Positions 1-9,400 of a stretch of 64,000 bases of DNA are shown here, one piece after another (positions within the stretch are counted from its first letter, which is position 1; each line of letters starts with the position of its first letter). The notes below the pieces were generated by a model that was not told the origin of the DNA, made no database searches, and was given only the letters and a program-made list of their open reading frames with translations. Position numbers and translations under genes: made by a program. This stretch comes from Candidatus Pacearchaeota archaeon. Lineage in GTDB: Archaea; Nanobdellota; Nanobdellia; Pacearchaeales; GW2011-AR1. The DNA is taken from assembly GCA_016188825.1 (NCBI GenBank), contig JACPHA010000017.1:271-64270 (forward strand). The letters are read 5' to 3'.

Positions 1-549
1 TCTGTTAAGGAGTTGGCTCTGACTTCCACTAATCACCCAAATTTTTATAATCTTAAAAATGCTTTAGGTGTGATGGAAGAGAGATATTTTTTCTATGCTG
101 ATAATTTCAAAATATTGCTCGAGGAAAAATCACACGACGTTTTATTTTTGGCGCCGTGTGAAATCCATTTATCAAAGAGAGCATTTTATGATTCAATAGC
201 AAAAAAAGTTGAAGATCTTGGAAAAACCATCTTTTTACCTTATAAAAACATAGAAAATCTAAACGGCGCGGCAGCGGTCATCTGCCCAACAGAGTTAATA
301 ATTTGTTATTCAGGAATTCAGTGCCCCGTTGCAAGAGCCCTCGCCCACATAGGAATTAGACACGGAGTTTCTCTAATTTACTTTCACGATTCTAATATCG
401 GCGCTTCCAGAGATTTCTGGCCAGCAATTACTCTGACAAAAACCATTGAATTTTCAGATGAAGAGGAAGCAATTGAAAGAATCGAGCATTCCGTTAAGGA
501 TTTTTTCAGCAAAATAAACCGAATGCGCGCGCCGGCTCAAAAAAGTTAA
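1..549 (+). CDS. hypothetical protein, 5' end uncertain
   Basis: ORF track gives 13..549. The frame stays open back to nt 1, so the gene may be truncated by the window edge. An alternative ATG at 73 sits behind GGTG. No motif recognised. Confidence 0.4.
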   Translation, partial: SVKELALTSTNHPNFYNLKNALGVMEERYFFYADNFKILLEEKSHDVLFLAPCEIHLSKRAFYDSIAKKVEDLGKTIFLPYKNIENLNGAAAVICPTELIICYSGIQCPVARALAHIGIRHGVSLIYFHDSNIGASRDFWPAITLTKTIEFSDEEEAIERIEHSVKDFFSKINRMRAPAQKS

Positions 550-593
550 TCTTTTAAACAACTCTGCATTAGGATTATTATAAAAACAAAAAA

Positions 594-1598
594 ATGAGTG
601 AAAAATTTAATGCAAAATCAACAGATAATTACCATCAAAAAGCAATTATCAGGAAAATTACAAGAAACGTCCCAATAGTGAAAGGAGATTCTAGAATTTA
701 TGAAGTTAAACAGTATGTTACAAAAAACTCTAAAAAATTTAAAGAAATGGATTATATTTATGTTATAAACAAAGATAAAAAATTAGTTGGCGTCTTTTCT
801 CTTAAAGATTTATTTATTTTTTCCGATGAAAAAAAAGCTTCTGAAGTTTGCAAGATAAAAGATTTGATAACTGTTAATCCGGAAACACATCAAAAAAAGG
901 CAGCGCATTTAGCAATGAAAAATGGCCTTAAAGCTTTGCCAGTTGTATCAAAAGACAACACTTTTCTTGGAGCAATTCCCCATGAAATAATTCTCTCAAT
1001 TATTCATAGAGAAGGCAGAGAAGAAATTTTGCAAATGTCTGGAATACACAAATCTCACGCAGACTTTGACGATATTTTAACAATCCCAATTCTTCAAGCA
1101 TTTAAGCATAGAGTTCTTTGGCTCGTTATGGGTTTATTCGGAGGAATTCTGGCTGCCGCAATAATTGGTTATTTCGAAAAAACTCTCGAGAGCAATCTTG
1201 TGCTTGCCTCCTTCATCCCTCTAGTAGTTTACATGGCCGATGCCGTCGGGGCACAAATAGAAGCCTTTGTTATACGAGACTTTGCTTTAAATGAAAAATT
1301 AAATTATTCGAGATATTTTATAAAACACTTCTTGCTTGTTTTAATGATAGCAGTTTTTATCGGCGTAGTTTTCTTGCCAGTAGGTTTTCTGTTTAGCACT
1401 GGGCATCATGTTTCTTTTGTTATTAGCATTGCTTTGTTCTTTGCAATTATTTCTGCTGTTTTCACTGGGCTGATAATTCCCTATATCTTAATTAAATTAA
1501 AGCAAGATCCTGCAAATGCGTCAGGCCCAATAGCAACAATAATCCAGGATATTTTAAGCGTGATTATTTATTTTGTAATTGCTTCATGGCTTCTCTAA
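594..1598 (+). CDS. mgtE: MgtE-family Mg2+/divalent cation transporter (CBS pair plus C-terminal TM domain)
   Basis: CBS-like segments (YIYVINKDKKLVGVFSLKDL, ALPVVSKDNTFLGAIP) are followed by 5 hydrophobic helices. These carry the MgtE-type PLVVYMADAVGAQ motif. Confidence 0.8.
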   Translation: MSEKFNAKSTDNYHQKAIIRKITRNVPIVKGDSRIYEVKQYVTKNSKKFKEMDYIYVINKDKKLVGVFSLKDLFIFSDEKKASEVCKIKDLITVNPETHQKKAAHLAMKNGLKALPVVSKDNTFLGAIPHEIILSIIHREGREEILQMSGIHKSHADFDDILTIPILQAFKHRVLWLVMGLFGGILAAAIIGYFEKTLESNLVLASFIPLVVYMADAVGAQIEAFVIRDFALNEKLNYSRYFIKHFLLVLMIAVFIGVVFLPVGFLFSTGHHVSFVISIALFFAIISAVFTGLIIPYILIKLKQDPANASGPIATIIQDILSVIIYFVIASWLL

Positions 1599-1621
1599 AG
1601 CCTATCACGTTATAATTATAG

Positions 1622-1662
1622 CGCAGGGCATAAAAATTTAACCGTTGCTTTTATGCCCTGCG
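1622..1662 (+). terminator. perfect 14-bp stem / 13-nt loop hairpin just downstream of mgtE
   Basis: cgcagggcataaaa (1622-1635) is the exact reverse complement of ttttatgccctgcg (1649-1662). It is GC-richer than its surroundings and lies 24 nt after the mgtE stop. Confidence 0.35.
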
Positions 1663-1920
1663 AATATACAGCAAGGAAACGCGGTAAAAAATTAATAGCT
1701 TGTGGTATATATAGTAAAATATATTAAAAATTCCTCGTATTCCAATAGTTATGGACAATTGCATTGCTTATGTGACATTTATTTGCAATTGTACAGACAG
1801 AGAATTGCAAAAAACAGGAGACATATCCTATGCAATTCTCTGTATATGACATATTATTTTATCTTTTACTACAGCATAATTGCCGTTGCATTTAAATATA
1901 TCTTTTATTAATTAATATTT

Positions 1921-2322
1921 ATGAAAGAAAAAAACTTTAAGAGCATCATTGTACAGGGATATGTAGGGATGCTGTTCCTGCTGATTATGATGACCGTCTC
2001 TGATTTGACACTAGCCGGCCTGTCTCAAAATTTTGATCTTCTGCAGAACGATCCCGGTACTGTCGGATTATGGATGACTGCTGTAATACTCTGCATTAAT
2101 GTTTTAATCCAAATCGCCATTAGAACATTTGATGGCAAAAAATTCAGACAGAGTATTTATGTGGTGAGCATAATTTATATGCTGCTTTTTGTTGCACACC
2201 AGATTTTCCATTTTGCTGCTGGCGATGGAGTAACTATCGATTTAATGTATGATATTACTCATCATGTTATTGGTGTTTGGGTAATCATTTATGCTAGAAA
2301 ATGGGCTAAACTAGAAGAATAA
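1921..2322 (+). CDS. hypothetical integral membrane protein (4 predicted TM helices)
   Basis: ORF with four long hydrophobic stretches. No family motif recognised. Confidence 0.5.
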   Translation: MKEKNFKSIIVQGYVGMLFLLIMMTVSDLTLAGLSQNFDLLQNDPGTVGLWMTAVILCINVLIQIAIRTFDGKKFRQSIYVVSIIYMLLFVAHQIFHFAAGDGVTIDLMYDITHHVIGVWVIIYARKWAKLEE

Positions 2323-2479
2323 AAGATAAAATAATACACTAAAGCCGCGCTGCGCTCTCAGTCCACTTCATTGCAGAAAAACTTCGTATATCCCTATCTT
2401 TATCAAAGTAAAGTTTAAGAAAGATTTAATAATCTCTTTCTTTTTATTCAGATAATAAAATAATCAAAAAGAGGTAAAA

Positions 2480-3478
2480 ATGACGTCGTTTGAAGCAACT
2501 TCTGCAACAAAAGTATCTCTCCAAGAAGTTAAAAAAGTCACAGAAGTAATTGACGCAATAAAACATGAAGTAAGAAAAGTTTTTTTTGGCCACGAAGCCG
2601 TTGTAGAATCATTAATCAGAGCAGTATTATGCGATGGGCACATCTTGCTTGAAGGTATTCCAGGAATTGCCAAAACACTTGTAATAAAAGCAATTGCTGC
2701 TGCAAGCGGTTGCACATCAAATAGAATCCAGTTTACAGTTGATTTATTGCCTACTGATATTACTGGCCTGACTACCTACGATCCCAATCGTGGCTTTGAA
2801 GTCGTAAAGGGCCCAATATTTGCAAACTTTATCGTCGCGGACGAAATAAACAGAAGCCCCCCTAAAACGCAGTCAGCTTTGATTGAAGCAATGCAGGAAA
2901 AACAAGTCACAATAGGAAAGACAACTTTCAAATTGTCCTTGCCATTTTTTGTCATGGCAAATGAAAACCCCTTAGAAACAGAAGGAGTTTATACTCTGCC
3001 AGAAGCACAAGTTGATAGATTTTTATTCAAAGTTGTTTTTGACTACCCAGAGCCAGACGACGAAAAAAAAGTCATGGAAGAAAATGTCACATTCAAAAAA
3101 TTCGAGGACGTTGATATCAGAGCAGTTGTTTCGCCCAAGAAAATAATTGACATGCAGCAATTAACTCATAAAATCTACTTAGACGAAAAAATAAAACAAT
3201 ATATCATTGATATTGTGACAAAAACCAGAAAAAAAGATTTCAAATATGGAGAATTTATCGAACTTGGCGGCTCACCAAGAGCAAGTATAGCATTGTACAT
3301 CGCGTCAAAATCAGAAGCTTTGTTGCGTGGCAGAAATTATGTAATTCCGAAAGATGTTGATAAAGTTATATACGATATTTTAAGGCACAGAATAATTTTA
3401 TCTTATCGTGCGCAGGCAGAGGGAGTTGACAGCGCCAAGATTATTAATGAAATCTTGAAGAGCGTTAAGGCGCCATGA
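2480..3478 (+). CDS. MoxR-family AAA+ ATPase
   Basis: Walker A LLEGIPGIAKT. Walker B/MoxR signature ADEINRSPPKTQSALIEAMQEKQVT. SD gaggt lies 8 nt upstream of the ATG. Confidence 0.9.
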   Translation: MTSFEATSATKVSLQEVKKVTEVIDAIKHEVRKVFFGHEAVVESLIRAVLCDGHILLEGIPGIAKTLVIKAIAAASGCTSNRIQFTVDLLPTDITGLTTYDPNRGFEVVKGPIFANFIVADEINRSPPKTQSALIEAMQEKQVTIGKTTFKLSLPFFVMANENPLETEGVYTLPEAQVDRFLFKVVFDYPEPDDEKKVMEENVTFKKFEDVDIRAVVSPKKIIDMQQLTHKIYLDEKIKQYIIDIVTKTRKKDFKYGEFIELGGSPRASIALYIASKSEALLRGRNYVIPKDVDKVIYDILRHRIILSYRAQAEGVDSAKIINEILKSVKAP

Positions 3479-4179
3479 AAAAAATGCTAAAAATAAAATT
3501 ATTATATATGTTAATTTGTATAGTAATTTTGCTTACTGGAGTTTCTTTTGTTATGGGGCAAGAAATTGTTCCAGATAATTTTCCAAAAAAGACAACAGAG
3601 TCAGAATCCTCTGTAGCCAAATTGATATTTTTTATGTCTGTCTTAATTTTAGCAATAATAGTTATTTTCTTTTTTTTATTAAGAAATAAAGGTAATTCTA
3701 TTTGGAAGGGAGCGTTTATTGGGGGGTTATACGTGTTGATTCCTTCTTTACTATCCATCCATACTTTATTTACTCGTGGCGGGTTAGGGGACCCGGGACC
3801 ATTTTGGCCTTTTATGCTTCTTCCTTTCTTGCCATTAGGAATAACTCTGATTGTTTCTGGTATGATCTCCTGGTTAATATCTCAGTTATCTTCTAATTAT
3901 TACATATCAAATGTGTCAATGATTATTGTAAATTTTATTCTATGGATCTTAATAGGCACCCTTATTGGATGGTTGATTAAGAAAAATAGAGAAAAAAAGG
4001 AATATGTAATAATCTGGATTTGTAGTATCTTAGGGCTACTCTTTGGAGGAGGCACGGGTTACTTATATTTTTCTTCTAGTTCCATATTCGGTCTTGTATT
4101 TTCTATACTGCTTGGTACATTAATCGGTACAATTATTGGATTTATAATTAAAAAATTAGGTAGAAGAAATGAAAAATAA
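3475..4179 (+). CDS. multi-pass membrane protein, MoxR-locus associated
   Basis: ATGA overlap with the moxR stop. Multiple TM helices. C-terminal TM plus IKKLGRRNEK tail is shared with the next ORF. Confidence 0.6.
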   Translation: MKKMLKIKLLYMLICIVILLTGVSFVMGQEIVPDNFPKKTTESESSVAKLIFFMSVLILAIIVIFFFLLRNKGNSIWKGAFIGGLYVLIPSLLSIHTLFTRGGLGDPGPFWPFMLLPFLPLGITLIVSGMISWLISQLSSNYYISNVSMIIVNFILWILIGTLIGWLIKKNREKKEYVIIWICSILGLLFGGGTGYLYFSSSSIFGLVFSILLGTLIGTIIGFIIKKLGRRNEK

Positions 4180-4609
4180 AGCGGTTTGGACCGGTGGGAT
4201 TGTTGGAGCTATTTTAGCTATTCCTTTTTTATTTGGATTATTTTTCTTAGAAGAAGGAATCTATACAAACAACGATGGTATTTGCCCCTATCATAAAGTT
4301 GAAAGTCAAATGTCGCTCCCTCCTACACCTGGGGATGAAGATAGAGAAGCAAAAACCATATGTGAAAACAGAATAAAACGCGGTATTCCTGAAGGAGAGA
4401 TTCGTGGGGGAGGGTTTACTTGTATTGATGGAATTTATTATCAAACTAATTATCATTGTATAACTAAAACCATTGGGTTTATTGAATCTGAGGCGGGCGG
4501 CATAATTATTGTATGGATATTTTTGGCAGAATTTTATGGGATTATATTTGGAGGATTAATAGGGAGTTTGATAGGATTTACAATTAAAAAATTTGGCAGA
4601 AAGAAATGA
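4169..4609 (+). CDS. membrane protein with Cys-containing extracytoplasmic loop; C-terminal paralogue of the preceding ORF
   Basis: 11-nt overlap with the upstream ORF. The C-terminus LIGSLIGFTIKKFGRKK parallels LIGTIIGFIIKKLGRRNEK of 3475..4179. Confidence 0.6.
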   Translation: MKNKAVWTGGIVGAILAIPFLFGLFFLEEGIYTNNDGICPYHKVESQMSLPPTPGDEDREAKTICENRIKRGIPEGEIRGGGFTCIDGIYYQTNYHCITKTIGFIESEAGGIIIVWIFLAEFYGIIFGGLIGSLIGFTIKKFGRKK

Positions 4610-4673
4610 ATAAAACATTTAAATAAACATTCCTGTTTGTATAGTAAAAGAGGCTGGTTGTTTGCATTACTAA

Positions 4674-5582
4674 ATGGTTGAAGAAAAAAAAAGATCCTTA
4701 AGTGTTGATATTGGCGGAAGCATAACGGAGTTTCAGGCGGTCATGAAAGAATTTCTTTTGAGAAACAAACTCTACAAAATTTTAATTAGAGGCAAGGGTT
4801 TGGAATTTGAATCATTTAGAAATTATGCTCCAGATGACGATGCGACGGCAATTGATTGGAAAGCGAGCAAGCGCGCAAATACTCTTCTTGTTAAGCAGTA
4901 CAGAGAGGAAAGAAATTTGAAAATAGTTTTTATTGTTGATATGAGCGAAAACATGGTCTTTGGCTCAACACAAAAATTAAAATGCGAATACGCTGCAGAA
5001 GTTGTGGCTTCATTCGCCCATTTAATAATAACCTCTGGCGATAAGGCCGGATTAATAGTCTTCAGCGATTATGTGCGTGACTATTTAAAGCCCGGCGGCG
5101 GCCTAAAGCACTTTCATCGGCTAGTTTCTTTGCTGACAAACCCATTCAATTATGGCAAATACTCTAATTTGCATAAGGCATTTGATTTCGCTATTAACTA
5201 TTTGCACAAAGACATTATTTCAGTCGTCATTGTCTCTGATTTTATTAATTTTAATGAAGCTTTAGTAAAACCTTTATCATTAATAGCAAACAAGTTTGAA
5301 ACAGTTGCCCTGATGATACGCGACCCGCTTGATGTTACTCTCCCCCAAGTTTCCGGAGAAGTGGTTGTTGAAGATTCCAGAACAGGACAGCAGTTGTTAA
5401 TTAATCCAAAAATTGCAAAGGAAGCATATGAGCAGATTGCGCGTCAAAGAGAAAGGATAATTAGAGAAGAATGTTTAAAGCACAATGTTGATTTATTAGA
5501 AATGATGACAGACCATAAATTCGTTCCAACGCTTTCGGCTTTTCTAAAAGGGAGGGTAAAAAAAGTTGTTTATAAGAAATAA
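4674..5582 (+). CDS. DUF58-family protein (vWA-like fold, usual MoxR partner)
   Basis: Diagnostic DUF58 segment YAPDDDATAIDWKASKRANTLLVKQYREERNLKIVFIVD. Confidence 0.85.
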   Translation: MVEEKKRSLSVDIGGSITEFQAVMKEFLLRNKLYKILIRGKGLEFESFRNYAPDDDATAIDWKASKRANTLLVKQYREERNLKIVFIVDMSENMVFGSTQKLKCEYAAEVVASFAHLIITSGDKAGLIVFSDYVRDYLKPGGGLKHFHRLVSLLTNPFNYGKYSNLHKAFDFAINYLHKDIISVVIVSDFINFNEALVKPLSLIANKFETVALMIRDPLDVTLPQVSGEVVVEDSRTGQQLLINPKIAKEAYEQIARQRERIIREECLKHNVDLLEMMTDHKFVPTLSAFLKGRVKKVVYKK

Positions 5583-5588
5583 AAATGA

Positions 5589-5873
5589 TTAATTCCAATT
5601 CTTCATCGCTTAAACCATATAATTCTTGAAGAAACATCATTTCCTAATCACCTTAATAATAGTCAATACAACGGTGCAAATTATCAAAATCAACAATATA
5701 ATTATGAAGATTTAATTAATAATTTTGATTGGTCTTCGGTTGAACCAATAACGCCCCTACAACGACAAAACATAGAACTATTTAGATTATTTTGGTATAC
5801 GGCACAAAAAACACAGTATTGGGCAAGTGATGATGTTGATGGCAATAAGGCAACGAATCGTGAAAATTTATAA
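5589..5873 (+). pseudogene. start-less fragment paralogous to part of the N-terminal phospholipase-C-like domain of the giant protein
   Basis: The open frame has no ATG. It translates ..ILEETSF..YNYEDLINNFDWSSVEPITPLQRQNIELFRLFWYTAQKTQYWASDDVDGN, matching giant-protein residues encoded at about 6950-7175. Perfect identity runs of about 36 and 44 nt occur (5697-5847 vs 7027-7177). Confidence 0.7.
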
Positions 5874-5948
5874 AGAATGTTTACTATGTTAATGTGTACA
5901 CAAAAAGATGGTAGAAGAAAAGAAAGTTAAAGGAAAGAGGAAGTAAAA

Positions 5949-6440
5949 ATGAACTATATAAAAACCTTTCAAAAATATAAATTTCGCATAATTTTAAGTC
6001 TTGTTCTTCTAATTTCTACCATTTACCTAACAATTCTTAACTTGAGCTGGACACTGAAAGTTTATCGCCCCCATTACTCTGAATATATATCCGAAATGAT
6101 TGGAGATATGTTAATGCCAACTCTTTTTAATTTCTTTCTAGTTGTTGTGTTCTTTTTCTTAGGATGGCTGTTTGACAAACGTAAGCACAAGGCCGCCACA
6201 ATCTTTCTATTTGTCATCATAGGTTTTATTCCATTTTTTAGTCCTTTGGCTTCTACGACGGCGGATTTTAATCCGTTAGCGTTGCCATGGCTAATTGGGC
6301 TTTTATTTCCTAAAAGTTTTCAAGAGGGACATCCTCCAGCATTTATTTTTATTGCCCCCTTCATATGGATAGCAATAGGGATAATTTTGACAATAATTTT
6401 TTTTTATCTAGAAAAAAAGAGGAAAGGAGATGATAGTTAA
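5949..6440 (+). CDS. small multi-pass membrane protein, translationally coupled to the giant gene
   Basis: 4-5 hydrophobic helices. 11-nt overlap with the start of 6430..13083. Confidence 0.6.
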   Translation: MNYIKTFQKYKFRIILSLVLLISTIYLTILNLSWTLKVYRPHYSEYISEMIGDMLMPTLFNFFLVVVFFFLGWLFDKRKHKAATIFLFVIIGFIPFFSPLASTTADFNPLALPWLIGLLFPKSFQEGHPPAFIFIAPFIWIAIGIILTIIFFYLEKKRKGDDS

Positions 6441-9400
6441 AAGAATATGCTTATCAATTATCTCTGTGTTTTTCTTAATCCTTTTTAGTTCAACAATAGA
6501 TGCTTATTCAGTGGGCAATAGTTCAGAGGTTCACCAGTACCTAACAAACGAATCTTCTGTTTCGTGGGATTTAACACCATATGAGATAAAAGCAAATCTC
6601 GGGAATAGTTTACAGACTTACAATGACGATGACAATTTTGATACGGGGGACGGGATTATAACTGGAAGTGCAGAGGAAGATTACGGGAGTACTCCTTTAC
6701 GTCATTTCTGGCAACCAGACGATCCTAATAGCGGAGAGTACGATAATGGACTATTTCTAAATCCAAGTTCTTATGAAATAGCAATGCAACTTTGGATAGA
6801 ACAGGTTATTCCGAACTATTTAGTAGGAAATACTGAAGAATCCTATTATTGGTTAGGTCGAGTTGCTCATTTATTAGAAGACTCTGCACAACCCGCCCAT
6901 ACTCACCTAGATGCTCATTGTGGATTCTTTTTCTGTGGAGGTACTTCAATCTTAGAGGATTATACGGGAAGTAATTTTACTCGACTTAGAAATACTTCAA
7001 GTTGGCAAGGAGAAAGTTTAGAGCCATATAATTATGAAGATTTAATTTCTAATTTTGATTGGTCAACTGTAGAACCAACTTCTCCATTACAAAAACAAAA
7101 CATAGAACTATTTAGATTATTTTGGTATACTGCACAAAAAACACAGTATTGGGCAAGTGATGATGTTGATGGCAACATTATTTATAGAAATTTAAGTAAT
7201 AATATACAAAATTGGCAATGCAGCGGCACAGGAAGTTTGAATTTGTGGGCCAACGAGAGCTATACATCTTGTTCAAATTTTATTAATAGATCTTCTGACT
7301 TGAATATCAGCAGTGTTGAGAAAGAAGCGAACGCCACCATCCCGCATGCGATGAAAGCCACCGCAGGATTATATAGACTATTTTGGGATGCGGTTCAGAT
7401 TGATTGGAGAGGATTTCAACACGATAATAGAAGAACAGGGCATACTATAGCAAAAGGAGACATAACATCTGCAACGAAAAAACTGGTTTGGAATTCTTCG
7501 GGAACGCCAGCAACTGATTTTTTTGATAGCCCAACAATCGCCGATATTGATGGAAATTTGGATGAGGGTATGGAGTTGATTGTAGGAACAGAAAATGCAG
7601 CAGGCACAGAGGGAAGAGTCTATGCCTTAGACGGAAGAACAAATACACAGCTATGGTCGTTTAACGATTCTAGTGCCACACATGCAGTATCTATCGATGA
7701 TATTGACAATGACGGAAAAAAGGAAATATTAGTAACAGACAGAAAAGGAGTTACATGGGCCTTAAATAGCAGCAACGGAAAAGCAATTTGGAATTACAGT
7801 CTTCCCTCGAATCAGGCGTGGGCCAATGTTATTGAAGATATAGATAACAAACCAGGTAAAGAGATCATTTTTAGCGAATTCAATGAAACAATTTTATTTG
7901 ACAACCAAAATTATAATCCAATACAAGTAAGAGTGTATGCACTAGACAACAAAGGGAAAAAAATATGGGAGTCTCCAGCGATTGATAATGGAGCACAAGT
8001 TAATCCGGCAACAGCAAATCTTGATAATGATGTATACCCTGAAGTTGTTGTTACAACATATTTTAAAGTATATGTTTTTGATGGCAACAACGGAACTTTA
8101 AAATGGGATAAAGCTATAAATGAGATACATTCTGCTCCGACCATTGCCGATGTAGATAATGACAATAAATATGACATAATTGTTACTTCAATAAAGGATG
8201 GTTGCATAGATGTGTATAACACGAGTTGCTTTAATGCGATTTATGTTTTAGATGCTTCGTCAGGAAATATTAAATGGAGCAACAAAAGTTTGGATTATGG
8301 AGCTCTTGTTTCTGCTGCAGTTGCAAATTTGGATAATGATGACAATTTAGAAATTATTGTTGCTACTAATGACGGCCCGGATTATCATAACGCCCCAAAT
8401 AAAAATATAGGAAACGGAAGTGTTTATGCTTTTGACGGAGCAACCGGAAATCAGCAATGGAAATTTACAGTTGGCGGTAAAGTTGAGAGTTCTCCGGCCA
8501 TTGGAGATATAGATGGTGATCAGGAACTAGAGATAGTTTTTGGAGCTTATGATGGAAAAGTATACGCAATAGATGAAAATGGCAATCAAGAATGGACACA
8601 AAACATTGGAAGTTATATTTTTTCAAGTCCCGCAATAGGAGACTTAGACGGGGACGGAGTAGCAGAAATAGCAGTTAAGCATGCAGGAGGCATTGGAGAA
8701 AATGCCACCCAAACATATGGCGGAGGGATCCATAGAGGATACAATTTAATTAATATTTCAGGCAATGCTACTAGCCAAATCTGGCCTCCAGCAAATCAAT
8801 CAGGAGGAGCTGCAGGAGAAGGCGAATCCTCTGTTTTAGACATAATTGGAGGTTTAAACAATAAGCCTTCCCTTAACAACTTAACTAATATAACTGCAAA
8901 TAAAACAGATTTGATTAACCTAAATGCAACTGGACAAATTTGGGCTACAGATTCTGATAATGATACTCTGACATTTTATTATTCCTCCCCATTTAACTCT
9001 TCCGGACATTGGCAAACCACAAAAAATGATTCAGGGAATTATAGTATACTAGTGGAAGTGAGCGATGGAAATCTTAGCGATTGGCAAGTTATACGAGTTG
9101 AAGTAATAGATCGGCCTCCGACAATATCTACAAAACTCTTATGTAACGAAGCTCTCTGTACGAATAATGGAACATTCTATGATTATATTGATATAAACTG
9201 CTCTGGTTCGGTAGAAATGGACGGCGACGAAATTACATATTCAATTGATGCTTTATACATACATCCAACATCTGTAGAAAATTCTGTTAGTTCATTTATT
9301 AATTCTTTACCAATTGAAAACTTAACATTTACAGGTAATCAAAATAAAACAAAATATCTCCAGTTACCCAAATATGCCAATGTGACATATGCAAATTTAA

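Noticed and set aside
1702-1911. 69-aa ORF in the mgtE downstream intergenic region
   Set aside because: The Tyr/Ile/Cys low-complexity translation looks like AT-rich promoter DNA. It has no SD and no motif, so it is probably spurious.
5697-7177. The 5.7-kb / 7.1-kb repeat pair as a diversity-generating retroelement template/variable repeat
   Set aside because: The mismatches between the copies involve all four bases in both directions rather than adenine-specific substitutions. No reverse-transcriptase-like ORF (no YxDD motif) is visible anywhere in the window.
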